Assembly: GCA_030704615.1 (NCBI GenBank)
Contig: CM060733.1
Coordinates: forward strand, 22,506,001-22,570,000
Length of the DNA: 64,000 nt
Source of the DNA: Takakia lepidozioides
Lineage: Eukaryota; Plantae; Bryophyta
Direction of reading: 5' to 3'
Shown: in pieces, positions 60,601-64,000 of the stretch
How the letters are laid out: the number at the start of each line of letters is the position of its first letter
Numbering within the stretch: the first letter of the stretch is position 1
Position numbers and translations under genes: made by a program
Notes under the pieces: model-generated
What the model saw: only the letters and a program-made list of their open reading frames with translations
Database searches by the model: none
What the model was told of the DNA's origin: nothing

Positions 60601-63600
60601 TTGTAATCTTTTCATCTCCTCTACCAGTGCGTTGTACATTATGTCTGCCCATTCTACCTCTTGTCCTTTCAGGGCTTTGAGTATTTCCTCCGTGAAGGAT
60701 CTGCTCAAATACTGTTGGTTCTGTTTCATGGCAATCAGAACGTTCAATACCTGGCCTACCTCCTTTAGCCCTGGGTACACGGCCTTGGTACAAGCATAAC
60801 CCTGAGTTTTAAAGAAACTCCCTTCTTGGAATAAGTCCCCTATTTGCAGTCTTGCCCTGTGCTCCTCCACATGCACCTGACCTGCTGGCAATCGAAACAA
60901 TTGCTGGAGGTATAGGGGAGTAATTACTAATTCAACTCCCTTCACCATTGTTGTTCCTGTCCTTGGCTCAAAGTTCTGCAAGAATTGTAACATGTACTGT
61001 CTATGGTGCAATGTCCAATCTATGCTTTGCAATCCTTGCAATCTCAGCTCCTTTAGTATCTGTACTGCCTGTGGAGTAGAAATCGTTTGTTTCTGCAGGA
61101 TTGTGGTGCTCTTCACCCTGATTTCCTCCATTCCTCTCACTCTCTTCATCCTAGACCCACAGAAATGTTTTGGCTGTAACAACTGAAGAAATGCCTGTAG
61201 TGCACAAAGCATAAACGTATGGTTGCCACAAAAAGCTATGGGTAATTTCTTGTAAGCCTGTGGGGCTTGCAAGCATCGCTCAAGAGAAAAGATCCGCTCT
61301 GTTGTTTCGTCCCTATGCCACTGCGTAAGTAGTATTGCAAGCGTATAGTCTGTTCGTTCCTCCATAGTTTCAAAGCTATCGCATTGATGGTTTGTCCCTT
61401 CGCGACGCCCGTTACTTAGAACGTCGCCGTCTCTTGCGCCTAATTCCCCTCCAATTTCTTGATCCCTTCTCTGGCTTTTGATTGGCTGTAACCGCTGTGA
61501 CTGGATTTTTGATTTAATGTTCTTTAGTGGACTTTCCCTGCTGGACTGTCCACTAGGATTACACATATGACAAGAATTTCGCTTTTCTGTACTTGCCGTT
61601 TGTTCCGTTCCCCTTTTTCTGTATTCATTAATGGGCCCGCCATTCATCCGAATTGACGCGCTAAGTAGGTACTTTGACGGCCATTCTTGTCCTCTTTCTT
61701 GATGACACCTGTTCTTGCACTTCCTTCTCAGCTGTGTGTCGCGCCTTGTCTTCCACGTGTCTATTTTTAAACTGGTTTCCGTCCTTTCTTCCGTCGGCCA
61801 TTTTCCTGAAGTTAATGTGCGTCCACCTGTCACTGATTCTATGGATTGTGTAACCCTAGTAGGCTGTGTTGAGCTGTGACAGGCTGTGTCATACTGTGGT
61901 ATGCTGTGATAGGCTGTGATGCACTGTGGTAAGCTGTGATAGGCTGTGACACGCTGTGGTAGGTTGTGATAGGCTGTGTTGCGCCGTGCTGGGCTGTGAT
62001 AGGCTGTGTCACGTCGTGATGGGCTGTGGCAGGCTGTGTTGGCTGTGATGGCTGTGTCACGCTTGTTTTGCCCGCCCTGGTCATATATACTCGGCCTAGC
62101 GACAAATGCTCCATACTCCGTTCGTAACACCGGTGCAGCCCGTGACTGCTCTTGCGTTTCAACATGCAATTCATGCTGCAATGGTTTGTCATGGATACCA
62201 CTGTACCCCTTTAACTTATTGGCATTGACTCTTCCCAGCATTTCTTTGTTAATGGTTTGTAACATGGCGGTGTTGTTATCATACATCTTTTGTATGACAT
62301 AAGGTCCTTTCCATGGTGATTTAAGCTTAGAAGCTTTAATCTTTCCCTTTTTCTGCAACCATAGAACCAAATCTCCCGTCTTAAAAGTTTTTAACTTGCC
62401 TTCATCAAACTGTTCCTTCCTCGTCATCTGAATTCTGGTCATATTATCAGCTGCATCAGCACGTACTTCTTCCACATGGTATAATTCGTGTTTCCTCACC
62501 TTAATGGAATCTTGCAATTCCATTCTCTTTCCCCACTCCGTTCTCATGGTAGGTAACAGGAATTCCACTGGAAGTAAGGCTTCCATACCATAAACTAATT
62601 GGAATGGTGTATACTTAGTGGTGACTTTATATGAAGTCTTGTATGACCACAAAGCTGTCAACAGCTTTGTATCCCAATCCGTTCTGTTTGCATTGACTAT
62701 CTTAGCCAAGATAGTACATAGTATTTTGTTGGTAGCCTCTGCCTGTCCATTACCCTGTGGGTAATATGTTGTACTCTTCCTATGCACAATCATGAATTCT
62801 TTAGTCAATAATTCAATGGTCTCATTAATGAAGTGACTTCCCTGATCACTGATAAATTCTAAGGGACAACCAAATCGTGTAAGTATGTTCTCATATAGAA
62901 ACCTTGCTGTGGACTTGGCTGTGTTGTCCCTCAAAGCTTTAGCTTCCACCCATTTCGTAGTATAATCAGTGGCTGTAATTATGTACCTGTTCCGTGTATT
63001 CTTGGCTGGTGGGTTAATTGGTCCAACAAAGTCTAGTCCCCATTTCTGAAATGGTTCCGTAGGCATTGTAGGATGCAAGGCCATCCTTCCATATCTCTGC
63101 AAAGGTCCTAGCCTCTGACATTCATCACAACTCTGACAATACTCGTGTACATCTTTGAACAAAGTAGGCCACCAGTAACCTGCGAGTAGTAGCTTCCTAC
63201 TGGTAGTCTCTTCTCCAAAATGACCTCCAGCCACTCCTTTATGAACTTCCTCCAAACTTTATTTACTTCATGGTGGTACAAACATCGTTTTAGTACTCCA
63301 TCAGGTCCTAGCTTATACATTCTGCTTCCTACCATAGTATAAGGTAAAGCTTTGATAGCGATTCTCTTCCTCTGCTCCTTACCATAACTAGGTGGGCATT
63401 GACCATGAGTAAGGTAGTATCTGATTGGCCACTGCCAATCTAACCATTCATCTGCACTTCCTTTCACCTCCATTACAAATAAACTCGCATCAGGTAACTG
63501 ATCGTCCACTCCTGTGGCAGCCTCTCCTGTTGTTAGTCGTGACAAATGATCTGCCACAAGATGCAAACGGCCAGGCTTGTAAATAACTTCGAACTCAAAC

Positions 63601-64000
63601 TCATGCAAGATTATCAACCACCTCGCTATCCTTCCACTTATCAAAGGTTTGTTCACCAGATATATCAGAGCCTGGTGATCCACATAAAACATAAACTTTC
63701 TTCCCAATAGGTAATGCCTGAATTTCTTGACTGCATAAATCATTGCCAGTGCTTCTCTTTCAGTTGTGCTATAGTTCCTTTCAGCACTGTTCATCAACCT
63801 GCTAGCATAGTACACAGGTGAATCTATATTTCCTGTAACATTCTGGGCTAACACCGCTCCCAACGCTTCTCCTGATACATCCCAGTGAACGTGAAATACT
63901 ACATGCCAGTGAGGGTTTAATCAGCACAGGTGTAGTTGTTACTGACAGTGTAAGTTCCTCGAACGCCTGTTGACATTCAGCTGTCCAGGCAAACACTGCA
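57662..64000 (-). mobile_element. Ty3/gypsy retrotransposon: RT end/RNase H, integrase and large extra 3' ORF
   Basis: YYASRLMNSAERNYSTTEREAL...VADHLSR, integrase motifs, frameshift at ~63255; downstream sense ORF ~61360-57877 split by one TGA at 60499. Confidence 0.95.

Overview
Repeat-dominated eukaryotic DNA with GT-AG introns, most likely from a non-seed land plant (inference from the PLS-class PPR remnants, the acyl-ACP thioesterase and the TE families). There is one intact host gene, a 6-exon acyl-ACP thioesterase (minus strand, 19509-23128). The rest is nested transposons: Ty3/gypsy elements at both window ends, copia and gypsy debris, a CACTA element carrying PPR fragments, two hAT-type and two other MITEs, a solo LTR, and three MULE-like SWIM-transposase remnants. 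Two systems stand out. (1) A Mutator-like DNA transposon family carries a spliced gene. Joined from two partial copies through a shared repeat-filled intron with matching phase, it encodes an N-terminal ParB/Srx-like domain and a C-terminal beta-class N4C/N6A DNA methyltransferase-like domain. Its non-coding DNA is packed with a co-varying 22-bp palindrome, GGAAATNCGGCGCCGNATTTCC. (2) A gypsy-type element with an integrase-PHD finger has split direct repeats (A...B-A-B), TGTCA/TGACA ends, a 4-bp TSD, a Tf1-like self-priming site, an extra upstream ORF and a captured intact RPL34 retrocopy. All domain calls are by eye from motifs; no database search was run.
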